From positions 209,958-273,957 of the forward strand of contig JAQGDQ010000317.1 in the NCBI GenBank assembly GCA_030141605.1: a DNA stretch of 64,000 nt. The letters run 5' to 3'. The notes below the pieces were generated by a model, which was not told the DNA's origin, ran no database searches, and worked only from the letters and a program-made list of their open reading frames with translations. A program made the translations under genes and the position numbers. Each line of letters opens with the position of its first letter. The first letter of the stretch is position 1. Positions 24,981 to 38,100 of the stretch are shown here, in pieces. The stretch comes from Tubiluchus corallicola (lineage: Eukaryota; Animalia; Priapulida).

Positions 24981-25803
24981 TGGGGAGACCCTTGAAAAAC
25001 GAAGAAAAATAAAATATTCTTTTATTTTGGAGTTCTGCCTGCCCAATGTCTACAACAGTGTAATGGGCATATGATGATGATGGTGAAAAATGAAGCATCA
25101 GCAGCCGTCATCATTGGAGTATACATTGTTTACTCTTTTGCAGGAGATACTGCCAAATTTGGTTACCCCTGACTTTTTTCATTTTCCTAACTGACCTAAT
25201 TTCTCACAATATTTTAAGGCTGTCTGCTACTGTGTCAAATTGTAAAAATCTATGGGAGCACTACAGAGAAAACCAATATAATTATAAAAAGTGCAGCATC
25301 TAAGTTATGGAAACAAAATTACCTTCAATGTGCAAGACGATGCAACATCATAAAAGCAGAGCCTAAAGAAATTTACTTAATTGTGCAGCATAAGCAGTTC
25401 AAGATATGCTGGCTTGTTGGGTACCCTTCGAACAATGTTGAGCTTAACATGATACTGACTGGAATCACTGATCAGTATTATTTATTTGTGTTGTATGTTG
25501 TACTGTGCACTGCAGGTCTATATATTTTAATTTTATTTATATATTTTTGATAATATTTCAGGTGTGTCTAATTACTACTAATGAGTGACTGTTCCTGTTA
25601 CTAATGAGTGAATGATCAGTCATCTGATTGAGACAATTGGAATTCGGCATCAGAAATGGTATTCATTGATTAGGCTTTTAGGTACCGTGTCTTTATTTTT
25701 TGACGAAAATTATGCAGGTGATGGGTGAATTTGATTGTGGTATGAGTTTAAGACAAAAAATTCTAAAACGATTGGTGAACATTATTTGTTGTAACGTTTT
25801 TCC

Positions 25804-26198
25804 TATGTAAAAATCTTCGTATATAAGGTACTCGGATATAAAGAGACTTTCGGTTATAAGGGATGATATCTTCAGGTCCCGTGTAATAGAAACCCAGATA
25901 AATTACCTCGCATATAAGGAACCCTATGATCAAAGGGAAATTGATCGATTTTTAAGTCCATTTTTTCGCAAACTCGGCCTTCGAACAGCTCGGTTTCCGC
26001 GGTCACATACATCTCGCATCACTGAAAGAGCTTCGTACCATTTGCGCTGAATGTCTAGCAATAATCCATAAAAATATGGGTAAAAGTACAGGTCTAGATA
26101 CACCCTCGGTCTGACTCAATTTCAGCTATAAGGGACATGGGATATAAGGGATGGTTTTTCCGGTCTGGAGGTATCCCTTATATCCGAGTTTGACTGTA
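25804..26198. mobile_element. pogo/Tigger-like MITE (left end degraded)
   Basis: The right end is ...CCCTTATATCCGAGTTTGACTG+TA. Internal repeated (G)ATATAAGGGA motifs; degenerate left TIR near 25804-25845. Confidence 0.6.
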
Positions 26199-27593
26199 CT
26201 TAGATTATTTTTTTAATGGATATTTACAAATTTATGAGCATCGGAAAATATTGATGAATTTTAAATTTTATAAAAAGAGGCAGTTTTTAAATTCATTACT
26301 GTGATGTGCTGTAGATTAATTACACACAGTTTGCCGAAAGAAGAGTATTTCAACAGTGTGAGTCTGTCTGTTTGTGATCCCATGCAATTCTGCCTTGAAA
26401 ACCTAAAATTCCCCCTAAGGGAGAAATTCCCCTCTCCCTTCCCTTGGTGAGAACTGATGCACTATGTGAAAAGTGCATGGATTATTTACTATCAGCAGTA
26501 TTGGGTTTGTTGCAAAGTTACAGCTGAACACTTCAACAAAGGAAAGCTGATTACATAACAGACTAATTTATTATAATTTTCCCTTGAAAACCTGCTGAAA
26601 GTTGTTAAGAGGTGTTTAGGTTCACGTAGTTTTGAACTAGAAATCTGACTAAGGAGCAGCTAAGTGCACACTAATCGTCAACATTTAAAACCCCGCATTT
26701 TCAGGAGTCAGTTTAATGCTTGCTAAAATAAGTCAGTTAAAACAAACAGTTTTTAGTAATTTTTCCAATATTATAAGTTCAGAATACTAGGTGAAGTTTT
26801 CAAACACCTGTGATTAATACCTACCTTTAATGCACATTTGAAAATAGTACAAAGCCCAAAAACTTTATGTAACATGTCAGCTTTTTAAATAATCCCTTTT
26901 TCCATTATAAAAGAAGTAATTATAACTATTAGGAAGAAACAGATAGATCTCAACACAAGCATGAGGACCTGGCTGATAATCCCAACATGTTAGCGCTTCC
27001 TGTGCTGTTGACTATGCGCTGACTAGCAGACTGGATCAAATAAGGAATTGTAACCCGATTTTAGCAATTTTTTCTATTTCACTATTTGATGCATTGCCGG
27101 AAAATTCTAAGTGCGTAATAGATATTTCTATCTGATAACAGTTTATTTTGGAAGATCACAAGACTCGTGTGTTGTCTAATCAGTGTAGGTTAGTACCACA
27201 TGGTACATTCACTTCATGCTTACACACGGGTTTGCCACATTTCCAGATCTGAAGATTTCTGCTATCAAAGTTAGAGGATTTTTCACCATATCTGCTGCTG
27301 GCACAAGGCTATTTTAGCTCATGCACTCATTCTGGCATTTTTCTGGATAATATTATTTAATGAAAGCATTTATGCATCAAAATATTAAGTACTGGGTTCA
27401 GGTTCTTTTATTTTATCTCAACGTTTGGTGAATGTCATCTATTATGTAGCTCAGATATTTTTACAGAATTCCAATTTCTTATTTAGTGATATAACTTCTC
27501 ATGACTGTATGTGAAGTGAAACATATTCTTATGTAGGTATGATAGCAAACTAAACATAGTTCTTTTTCAGATAAATACTTCAAGAAGTCAAAC

Positions 27594-28530
27594 ATGAAGG
27601 ACGGGGACCGACCGCATCGAACTGTACTAAAAGCCTCTGCTTCAGAACGCAATAAGGAGCCTATTTTAAATATACTTAAAAAGTACATCCAGCCTGGAGA
27701 ACGTCTCCAGATTCTGGAACTTGCCTCAGGTTTGTGTAATAAAGCTTTTGGCACTTTTTGCATGCAGTGTAACTGTTCAGCATGAAGCATAATCTGCAGT
27801 TATTGTTTTTTCTGGAGAATTATGATTAAGAATAGCAAGGATATTTGTTGTCAGGGATATACACATTGCCCGTATGTGTAACAAAACGTCCAAGTACTGT
27901 AATTATTTTCTGCCTTTCAACACTTTTGTAACATTATGTTTACACAAGTACTAACAAAGTTAACACCTGTATGATCAACAAAGTTAAACCAGCATGTTAC
28001 AGCATACTTTCTGTGTGATTTCAGGGCCGGGACAACATGTGATTCATTTTGCCAATGCATTCCCTCAAACAACCTGGCAACCTTCTGATGTGGATCCAGG
28101 ATGTTTGGCAAGTATAGAAGGTTATAAGGATCTAAATCCACACATCAAAAACATTCTGCCTGCTAAGTGTATTGATTTACTGCATGCACCTGACAGTTGG
28201 GGCATAAAAAAAGAATTTTGGGATGTGGTATATTCTGCTAATATTTGTCACATCTCTCCTTGGAGTGTAACAAAGGCACTTTTCCCTGGTGTTGCATTTG
28301 CACTCAAGTCGGGCGGGGTATTACTGCTGTATGGTCCATTTGCCCTAAATGGTGTGATATCGCCAGAGAGCAATGTGTCATTTGATCAGACTTTGAGAAA
28401 AATGGATCCCGAATTTGGCATAAGGGATTTAGTTGATTTAGAACAGTTAGCTCTCGCAGTAAATATGAAGTTAGTGAGAACCCATGAAATGCCAGCAAAC
28501 AATCTTACATTAGTTTTCAAGAAAAATTAG
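27594..28530 (+). CDS. METTL26: Methyltransferase-like 26 (DUF938/C16orf13), ~213 aa; exons 27594-27729 and 28025-28530 (an upstream exon is possible)
   Basis: ASERNKEPILNIL, LELASG|PGQHVIHFA, WQPSD, NICHISPW, LLYGPF...SPESNVSFDQTLR...EFGIRD and EMPANN are characteristic DUF938 motifs. Phase-1 GT-AG intron at 27730-28024. Confidence 0.92.
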
Positions 28531-28598
28531 TGTTATATCCGTTTATTCAGCTCTCATTTTTTTAATTAAGTACTATATACTGTATATATAACTATATA

Positions 28599-28745
28599 CA
28601 GTCATAACACACCTCTTTATAATGTTGACCTCACTTAATGCCTAAATTTTTGGCAAAACAAAATGTCTATATTTGCATAGACTTGCATGTATTAATGCAA
28701 CTTTTTTGTAATCTCAAAGTAGGGGGTATAAAGAGGTTTGACTGT
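28599..28745. mobile_element. Small pogo/Tigger-like MITE remnant just downstream of the METTL26 stop
   Basis: Imperfect TIRs CAGTCA..ACACCTCTTTATA / TATAAAGAGGTTTGACTG; TA on the left. Confidence 0.5.
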
Positions 28746-29227
28746 TTGTTTATAATAGTCTAACAGTAGCTTAGGTATTTTTCAAAGGCTGTGTTATTAG
28801 GATAGGATTAAATTGCTAACTCTCTGTTCACTTGCAGCCTTAAACTTTTATCTAATTGTTTTTAATACACATATATTTTTATAAAAAAATATTTTTTGTT
28901 GGTTGAGAATCTGAGGCTACTCTGACTAATACTAATAGGAGTGTTTACAATGGTTATAATGCAAATGTAAAAAATAAGGCACTGGTAAAAATTGTAGTGT
29001 ATCTTGTCTCGCAAGCCAAGGAATCCAAAATTTAAAAAAGAAAGATAGGAAAAACAGCATAGGAAAAAAATGCTATAACCAGATTTTTAGAAGGCTTTAT
29101 GATCTAATGTAACTCTGTTGTTGATAAATCATGAAGTAAAGTGTGATGAAAAGATTTGAAATTTGGAAAATGTGTGTAATTAGAAGCCATTATTGTCTGT
29201 TAAAACTCTATTAGTAATGAATGAATT

Positions 29228-29321
29228 ATATACACCTCGTATATATATATATATTTTGTATATATTGTACAATATATACAATATATATACTATTGTATAT
29301 ATACACCTCGTATATATATAT
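29228..29321. repeat. (AT)n-rich microsatellite with duplicated tatatacacctcgtatatatatat
   Basis: Direct inspection. Confidence 0.7.
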
Positions 29322-30914
29322 TTTACTGTTTTCTAAACGAAAGGTAAGTAAATAATCTAGTAATCTAAAAATAATCTTTATTTCCTTGAAACAGATTTTA
29401 TTTCTGTGCAATGTGTACTACTGCCATGCGCACTGCTCATTCGTGCTTAATGCCAAGATGTAGTAAATTATTTGAAATTATGGGCATCATGCCAGAATCT
29501 GTGGCATGGCAACGTTAATAATTTGTAATTATTAATATTTTTATACCAAGCTGTTTATAGAATGTTTGATAAATTTCCTTTATTTAACCGATGTGACTGA
29601 TGTAAAGAAAGTTTCTCAGATAATGTTCCAGCTTTTGTTAGTTATATTCGTTAAATGTCTAACCATTATTTAAACATTTAGCTTTTCTTGTACTTTTTGT
29701 TGCGATATGGTTTTGTCTTTTATTGAACATCGTGCAAAAAGTTTTCATAAACTTGTAAAATAAAAGCTAGATATTGTTTGCATATAATACAGTTATTTGA
29801 AACTCAGGTCAGATTTATATTTGATATTACTATTGTATTTTTTATTAATTTTCTGCAAATGGTTTTGTGCTAAATTAAGGACATTTGCAATGACTTACCA
29901 CTTGTGGTTTCACTGGTTTGTGTTGATCTTGCATACTGATTTTTGTTTACAAAATTAAAAATCAAGATTAATGCTAGAGATATCTGTGTTATTGTTTCAT
30001 TATTTAAAAACTAGTTAGTAGATGCAAACCCATTTGCTTTCATTGCACAGTATGCCTTAAAGAAAAACAGTGCCAAATTTCTGCCCATAGTGTATGCTTT
30101 AAATATACGCTTTAAAGCAAAATATTGTATTTGAGAATGCTTGGACCACTTCGGATTTGTTATTCTTCATTGTTATCCTATTACTGTGGACATATAATAA
30201 ACCTGACCACAGCTGTGTTTACATTGAAGAATTAATACTTTACAGGCTTGATTTTGTTAGTTCATTCCTTTCAGTCCTTCATACTTAGCTGTGTAATTCC
30301 GCCTGCTTATCAGAAATACGCTGCAAAAATAGAACCTTGCCCGATCAACAGATCAGAATTAATACATTATGACATCAGGGCATCTTCAAGAAATCGCATG
30401 TTAGCCAAGGGCGCATGCAGCAATAAACTTGCAAATTTAATGTTAAACTGTGAATTTAAAAGGAAAAACTAACTGAGCTGTGTTTTTTTTATACACATAC
30501 AATGACACAGGTGCTGTAACTTAAATTTTCGCTTTTCGACTTGCAAACACAGCTATGACTTGAACTGACTTCATCACTAGCTGTCCTTTTCGGCGTTATT
30601 ACTATAGTTTCCCCAAGCTAATTTAATATTTTGAAATTACTAAGCTTATGTGATTAAGCGTCTATTCTGGGCCACAGATATGGTCTGAAAGTCATCCTGT
30701 TTTATTTATGTTCAGCTAAGCACTTTTAGCAAAATATTCACAATTGTAACAATTTCGTTCATTTTTTACAAGGTTTTCCAATGACATAGTTTAGTAGATA
30801 AACCTCTTCTGTTTAGTGTTTAATTAAATAATTTCTGTACTTAACGAGCCTTTATCGCAAGGCGTCCAAGGACAACCTTAGTTTACGTAGGCTTACACTC
30901 TAGACAGTTGTCTG

Positions 30915-31065
30915 TAGTCACGTGCCGCATAAAAGTATTCTGTAGGAGTCCCGCGTAAAGCAATTTATTTGGTGCCTTATGTTTAGCAGAAGTACGGATA
31001 GTACAGATACAAATGTATACGGCGGGAAATTAGATGAACGATTTCATTTAATAGGAACATCTCTG
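30915..31065 (+). promoter_or_regulatory. Putative Claspin promoter/first-exon region with E2F-like sites and an E-box
   Basis: CpG-richer patch with CACGTG (30919), TCCCGCG (30949) and GGCGGGAAA (31021). A candidate first coding exon 30979-31065 (MFSRSTDSTDTNVYGGKLDERFHLIGTSL, phase 0) would join exon 35186 in frame. Confidence 0.4.
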
Positions 31066-32529
31066 GTATCAATTTATTTTCTCGTAGACTTAATATTATG
31101 TATATGCTAAAATTTTCGACGTAATTAAATCAGACATTTCCTAACAAAATGTACTGTACTGCTTAAAGTGTTATTTACTTCAATGCTTAAAGACTTAAAT
31201 ATTGCTTGTCAAATCAGTTTTGTATTCTGCTGTTATGAAAATTAAATCAGGATCATAATTTTGTCATTCTTTTAAAAAACTTTAACTCACATTTTGGCTT
31301 AATGTATTGCAAATTCAGGATAATTTTTTCCTTTTACTTTTTTGTTCACGTGTATGTTCATGGCCTCTTTATACTTATATTTATTTTATAATTTCCACAA
31401 ACCAAACAGTTGAATGAGTTGATAACTATTACTTGTCTTAAAGTTTCTGATTTTAATTGCATTTTATTTTGCTTTAATTATGCACTACCTGAAATATTGA
31501 TTCCACTTAAATTTTCTTTTATGAATGCTGTTTTTCCGAACGTTTAAATATTCTAATTTTGATGTGATTTTTTGTTTTTAACCGTAATGTTACCTTTAAT
31601 GTTTGATAATTTTTCTTAGGAATGGCTGGTTTTTGTATTTTTGTTTTTGTATTTTTATTTTTTGTATTTATGGATGTTTATGCATTTTTCATGGTTGTGT
31701 TCTTTCTGTCATTAGTGTTTCTTTGTTTACTAGTCTTTCTGAGAAGAATGGCTGACTCGCTAACCTTTGGTTTTTTGCCACCCTTTCTCCCATGTCCATT
31801 TGTATTTTTGTATATTTTATTGTTAAATGTAAATTTATTAATTACTAATTTAATCTCATGTACTTGACAGAAGGATGGAAAGCAGTGCCATAAGTATTGG
31901 AGGCATACCCTAACTGTCACTGGTACACTGTGCAGTGAATAACAAATAAATTCTCGTTGTCATCATGCTTTGCTTATCGGCAGGAGATAACTTTCAAAGT
32001 AATGTAAGTATAGCCATTGATTATTTGCATTCGTCATTATAGGTTTTTTGTAAATTATATATGTAATTTTTCGAACTAATAGTAATGCAGTAATAGACAA
32101 TTAGATTGAATTGAGTTAATTTAGGTTTTTACATAAACATTTTTCAAAACTATAATTGTGAAATAGTGACAGTGAAATAAAAATAAAAGTTGAATACAAC
32201 TTCAAATGGACAGCAAGTAAAGGCCAGAGCTTATTGTCATTGAGTCACCTGCTGCCAGTTTAATGCATTGATTATCAATTCACTTGTTGAAGGCTGTCTA
32301 GTTGACTAGGTTGAATCGAATTGGAACGTTTTTCAAATTCAAATTCGCTTTGAACCTAAAATTATGGTTTCGAATAAATCGTCACTTCAGCTACAAGAGG
32401 TCTTTATCATTAAAATGTTTGAAACATTATACAATCAGTATAATTTAGCTGCATTTTTCATGCACAGCTTTTAAACAAATTATTAGTATCTTTACTGCAG
32501 AACAAAATCAATTAATAATATGCATAATC

Positions 32530-34868
32530 TCTGCAAGGTTGCTTTTTGTTAATGAGTTGAACATTTATTCGAAAATGAATGTTCTCAGAGTTTTTCTTGG
32601 GAAAAACTTTCTCATCAAAACCGACTATTTCCCTTGGTGTCTCTCTTGGGGAAAAAAGGGCTAGATGAAGTTCCACCTAGAATCAGTCGTTTGAAAATGA
32701 GGCTGATGAGATTCAGATTTGAAATCGCTCATGTTCCTGGGAAACAACTTTATACTGCAGACGCATTATCCAGAGCTCCACTGCTAGAAACAGGAGATTC
32801 TTCATTGCATCTTGCGAGTTAAGCCTACATCAGTAGCATACTTAGCAATCTTCCAGCTTCAGAAAGACGGTTGTAATAAGAGCAACATGATGTTCCTGAA
32901 TGGATGATGGTCCCGAATAAGCTGATGGAACATACACTGAATGGATGACCAGAAAAATAGTATATAAATGGTGCAATAATGCCTTACTACCAGTTTGTTT
33001 CAGAACTTACAATTCAAGATGGTTTGCTATTGAAAAGTCTAGAATGTGAGAAATCTTTGCTTAGAAATGCTGGATAAAATACACCAAGGTCACTTATGTA
33101 TAGCTAAGTGTCGCGGGAGAGCCAAACAGAGTATCTGGTGGCCGGGACTGTCAGAAGAACTAGAATCATGAGTGAAGAGTTGTGCAAAATGTCTAAAAGG
33201 ACTGCATGATCAAGCTGAACCACTGGTTACCACAAAGATGCCGGACCGTCCTTGGCAAAACCTTGCAGCAGATTTAAAGGAAATTAATGGTAATCAGTGT
33301 CTTGTCCTGGTGGATCACTGTAGTCGCTATATTGAGGTGGCTAAGTTAGGTAAAAATACAACAGTATCCAACATTATTGTGCATTTGAAATCGATATTAG
33401 CTAGACATGGCAAGCCGGATGTCCTAATGACTGGTAATGGGGCAAACTTTGAAAATTCTGAATGCAGAGAGTTTGCTACCGCCTTTGACTTTGTGCACAT
33501 AACATTATTGCGTAGATATCCGAGATCCAATTGTGCTGTTGAATGTGCAGTGCAAACATTCAAAAATCTCATGCAGAAGAATGGAGCCCCGTACCTAACA
33601 CTTCTCGTATACAGAGCTACGCCTATACACAATGGGTTTTCACCTTCAGAGCTTTTGATAGGAAGAAAGTTTAAAACTACTTTACCAGCATCTAGTGGGC
33701 AATTGAAACCACTGTATAGTCTTTCTGGTGTTCAGGAGAAGGAAGATGAGTACAAAGGTAAAACGAAACAAAACCATAATGATAGGCATAGAGCTTTCAA
33801 GAGCCTAAAAGCACTTGTGCCTGGTGACAAAATTTTTATCCGTGATAATGAGAAATCAGGAGAGATTCTTCAGGAGAGAATGCACCATGGTCTTACTTGG
33901 TGAAAACTCCTGATACTATACACAGGCACAATCGCAGGTCACTTGTAAAGTTAAATGGTAACCATCATAAATGGTGCCCAAGCACTGTCAGTGAACGTAA
34001 TTCTGCTGAAATGCCTAGTGATAAATCTTCAAGTGGTAGTGTTACATGTCCTCACAGTGATGGTGTTCCTGTAACAACTCGTTCCGGAAGAGTTATAAAA
34101 GCTCCAGATAAACTGGACTTGTAAATGAGCTGCGAACATTGGTTCTTGAACAATATGAACATTACCTACAATATTGTACAGTGGACTCTCGTTACAAGAA
34201 TCACACGTATAAGAATCAGCTCAATATAAGAATCAAAATCGCGTTTCCCGAATTGAATCGGCATTTTCCTAGTGAAAATCCGCTCGTATAAGAATCACTT
34301 TGCCTTCTCCCGAGGTGATTCTTATAACGAGAGTCCACTGTATTTCACATTTTGTGTGAACGTCTTTTCGTAATTTTCATAAACTTAGATTTTACAAGTT
34401 TGTTAGGAGTTAACTTTGTACATTTAAATAGGCTTATGCTGCATAAAGCTAAACTATAATTTAGTTAAAAGTTAGTAGTTGTTCAACATTTACTTTAGCC
34501 AGTATAGGCAGAGTAATGTAAAACATTCAACTGTTTTTGCTTTCTTGTCATTGATAATTAGCAATAATTTTGCATTTTGAAATGTGCTAACGTTTGCACT
34601 TCCAGTTGCCTTAAAGTTAAAGTTAAAGTGAAATTACAAAGCTTTATAATGTTAGATTAGTTAAAAACTTATTGCATTTCATAATACTGACTTTAGTGGA
34701 AAGTCACAAGATAAAACACATTCCCTAGAAGGGAAGATGTAGGATTAATTCTCTGGTCATGCACTTATGCTAATGCACGATAGGTGGTGACAGTTGGTTA
34801 CTGTCATGAAGTTATAAGAATACAAGTCTAACTATTAACTTGAGGGTTATTGTCTGGCTATTATAACA
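32530..34868 (+). mobile_element. 5'-truncated Ty3/Gypsy LTR retrotransposon remnant (RNase H end, integrase, PPT, 3' LTR)
   Basis: PPRISRLKMRLMRF...HVPGKQLYTADALSRAP; HQGHL...CRGRAKQSIWWPGL; CAKC; PDRPWQNLAADL; YRATPIHNGFSPSELLIGR; C-terminal TTRSGRVIKAPDKLDL*. PPT AGAAGGGAAGA (34727-34737) is followed by a TGT...ACA LTR (34738-34868). Many stops and frameshifts. Confidence 0.88.
34179..34340. mobile_element. 162-bp pogo/Tigger-like MITE inserted in the Gypsy 3' untranslated region
   Basis: 26-bp TIR CAGTGGACTCTCGTTA(C/T)AAGAATCAC with one mismatch, TA on both sides, internal TATAAGAATCA repeats. Confidence 0.9.
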
Positions 34869-35185
34869 CTCTAAAACCGCTCAAAATTTTTTCGGATTCA
34901 AATTCCCTTTCTGACAGAGAATGCTCACCCCTAGTCCTAGCTCTGTTTTGGGAAATCATTTTACATTAGAAGCAAAGCTGTGACAATTAGACCTGAAATT
35001 GATACTGTCATCAATGTCGTATGTGTTTGAAAATTGAGAGTTGTAACTGTTAAGTTAAATGATGTGAAATTTTTATTTGAAAAGATATTTCTGATACACT
35101 TTTTTTGAATTTAACTCAAGTGGTTTTATTTGTCTTTATATACATAAGCCGACTTGCAGTGACATTTAGAATTGTCTAATTTCAG

Positions 35186-38100
35186 CCACTGTCACTAGCA
35201 AATAGTGATTTGTTTGATGCTGGTGACAGTTCAGATGATGATGGACAAATACCAGAAAGAGTACTAAGTTCAGAGGAAAAAGATGCTGCAGAAGGTAAAT
35301 GTTTCTCTCGTTTATAGAAACTGTGAAAATGTAGACATTGATTTAGCTTTCTTTTAGCATTTAGTGTTTATACAAGTTTTACCTTATATTAATTAATATC
35401 TGGTTTTAGGTGACTTTATGGAAGATTCTGATGTAGGAAATGAAGAAAGCTTGGAGAAGATAAAAAATAATGCAAAGAAATGTTTTTCAGAAAAGGTGAC
35501 CAATATGTTTTGATTTCTCTTATATGCACACCTTATATGCTTACCACATCAAGTTCATGCTTTTTATACTTGGTTTGTTTTTACCCTTGAACCTTTGACG
35601 CTCACAGCAAAAATACTTCTGTTTTTGTCTAATCGTTCAGGCTGCCATTTTATATGATGCTGGTTATTGTATTGGAGGCTAAAAAGTATTGTATTTTCCA
35701 TCAAATCAATGTATTAATGTGCGAGTAATGCAGCTGTTTGTACCATAATTATCAGAACATACGTTTATATCAAATATAAAAGAGACTATGTGATAATTAA
35801 TAATTGTATGACAATTTAACAATGTGAAACAAAAAACTAAAATAGTGTTTTTTGCTGAGATGAACAGTTATTCTAATAAGGTAATTGTAGTGCTATGAGG
35901 TCTGTAGTAACTGTGTAAGTCAGACATTAGTCAGTGTGCTTGAAAAAAATGACGTTTTTATTAAGCTCATCTTGTGCTGTTAAGCTGGTGAATCACGGTT
36001 CCCTATTTTTGCTTTCCTAATTCAGAAAATTTCATAGTACATGTATCAGTATATGGTTTGTGTTTAAAGATTTCACAAGCGTGTATAATTTTCTATCGGT
36101 TATTGGATGCAATTAGGTTAGTGCAATATGTTTTATGGCACAATATTTATTTAAATTATCTTGTGTAATTCAACGCTGTGTGTTTCACCTATATATTTTT
36201 CTGTAGAGGAAGACGGAGGGTTTGCAACGGACTCAGAAGTCTAGGCAGAAGAAGGAGGAAGCTTTGCGTCAAATACATGCTGAAACCCAGAGATTAGTAC
36301 GAGGTTTGTATAACTGTATGAATTGCAATTACTAGCCCAAAATCACTGCACTTTTTTGAACATTAATTAATCAATTTATAATAAATCCATTTCTGCCTTG
36401 GTAACAGGTTCAAATTCGAACTGGGTCACTTTTTGCATTGTCTTCGTTCTCAATTCATTAAATTTTAGGTTACTTGTTAAACTATTAGTTTTATGAATTC
36501 TGGTGTATCATGTACAAAATGCAATGCATTGTGCTGACCTGGACGTTTTGTCACATCTTTTGACCTTGTTTTTAAACTTAAGATTGAGATTGTCAAGCTC
36601 AATAGAAGCCATGTTTTAGTGCTTTTGTACTTCGTAGACTTATTTTTAGCAAAATTGAAATATAGAAGTTTAATTTATTTACTAGCGTAAGTTTTCTTAC
36701 AACAGAATAACAATAAATCAGTATTTTTTTCTTTTGCAGAATCAAATGTATCACTTCCTTATCATAAGCCAAAACCTATGGCACTTAAGGAATTTCTTAA
36801 TCGAAAGAAAAAGATACAACCTCTGAAGTATACAACGAGGTAATGTAATCACAAGTTTTTAGTTAGCTGATGATTTTTTTTTTTATTATTTCATTTTATA
36901 AATGAATTTTTGTTGATAAAATATCAGTAAACATTATATTGTTAAGCAATGAGTTTTAGAGGATTAAAATTTAGTGTTACTAACACTATTATTAAGATTT
37001 GTAATTTCAGTAGACGTTGCAGCCTTGTAGCCAGTACTTCATGAGTTTTTAATTAATTTATTTTTTGTGATATTGCAGTCAGATTCGAGAAGCTGCTAAA
37101 CGGGAAAAATGTCAACAAAGAGAGGCAGATTGTACCAATTATAATGTAGCTGGACTACAATCAGAATCAACGTGCAAAGAAATTACAGGCACTTTCACTT
37201 CTGCTCATCATTCACAAAGTGTTTCCAGGTTGCAAATGACTACATCTGATGAACATATTTCAGATGGCAGTGACAAAAACCTTTGTTTACAGAATGAGTC
37301 GAAACAAAAGAATGTGCAAAACAAAACTGACGATGTGGTCATTGAAGATTATGATGAGCTTCCTGATTTATTGGTGGAAATATCAAGCACAAGAAATAAG
37401 GAATTAAACGACAACGATCATATTTCTAATTATGAGAGTGAAAGTGTTAGTGAACAGGAGAAACATGACGATACTGCTGAGGTGGAAGTAGACGAGTCTC
37501 CAGTAGAGGAAAAAAAATCTAAGTTTCGCTTCGATGACGACACTGGTGATTACAAAGTTACCAATAGTTATGATACTTTGAAGTCTCTTACAAACTATAA
37601 TAGTTTTAGAAGCACCAGAGTGCCAGAAGGGCATAGTGCTTCAAACATTTCAAATCTATCAGACAATTTAGCTGCAAATGTGTACAATACATCAAGTAGT
37701 GCATCGGGCATTTTTAGTCTCTCAGATAATGTAGCTGCAAGGACTGCAAAGCTGTGCAGTGTGTCAACCAATCACCTTGGTAATGGACAAAGTTTGCACA
37801 ACCACCAGGTGAACAATGACAATGTTAAAGCAACAAAATCCACAACAAAACTGAGCTGTCTTAAACTCAGGGTTCTGAAAAATTTAGCACCTTCACCATG
37901 TCTTAGTGGAAGTGGTCCGTCCGATTTTATAGACTTGGGCTTGGGAGACCCACCTTGTGGAAAACCAAAGGGTGTAACTGAGCTGATGAACAGATTTGTG
38001 AAACATACAGCGAAGCGTGCTCCAAGACAGCCACACAATGTAGAAATTCAGTAAGTATTTTACACTTAAAGAATTACTCACCTGAAATGTAACTGCCTAA

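Noticed and set aside
31622-31920. Small hydrophobic ORF and Lys-rich antisense ORF
   Set aside because: T-rich low-complexity sequence with no recognisable motif or consistent splice pattern.
33172-33903. Domesticated or active integrase gene
   Set aside because: The second catalytic-Asp region reads MTGNG rather than the usual (S/T)DNG, and the flanking pol has multiple stops and frameshifts.
36395-36435. tRNA or SINE (GGTTCAAATTC B-box-like)
   Set aside because: No A-box or cloverleaf could be built; at most a tiny SINE relic.
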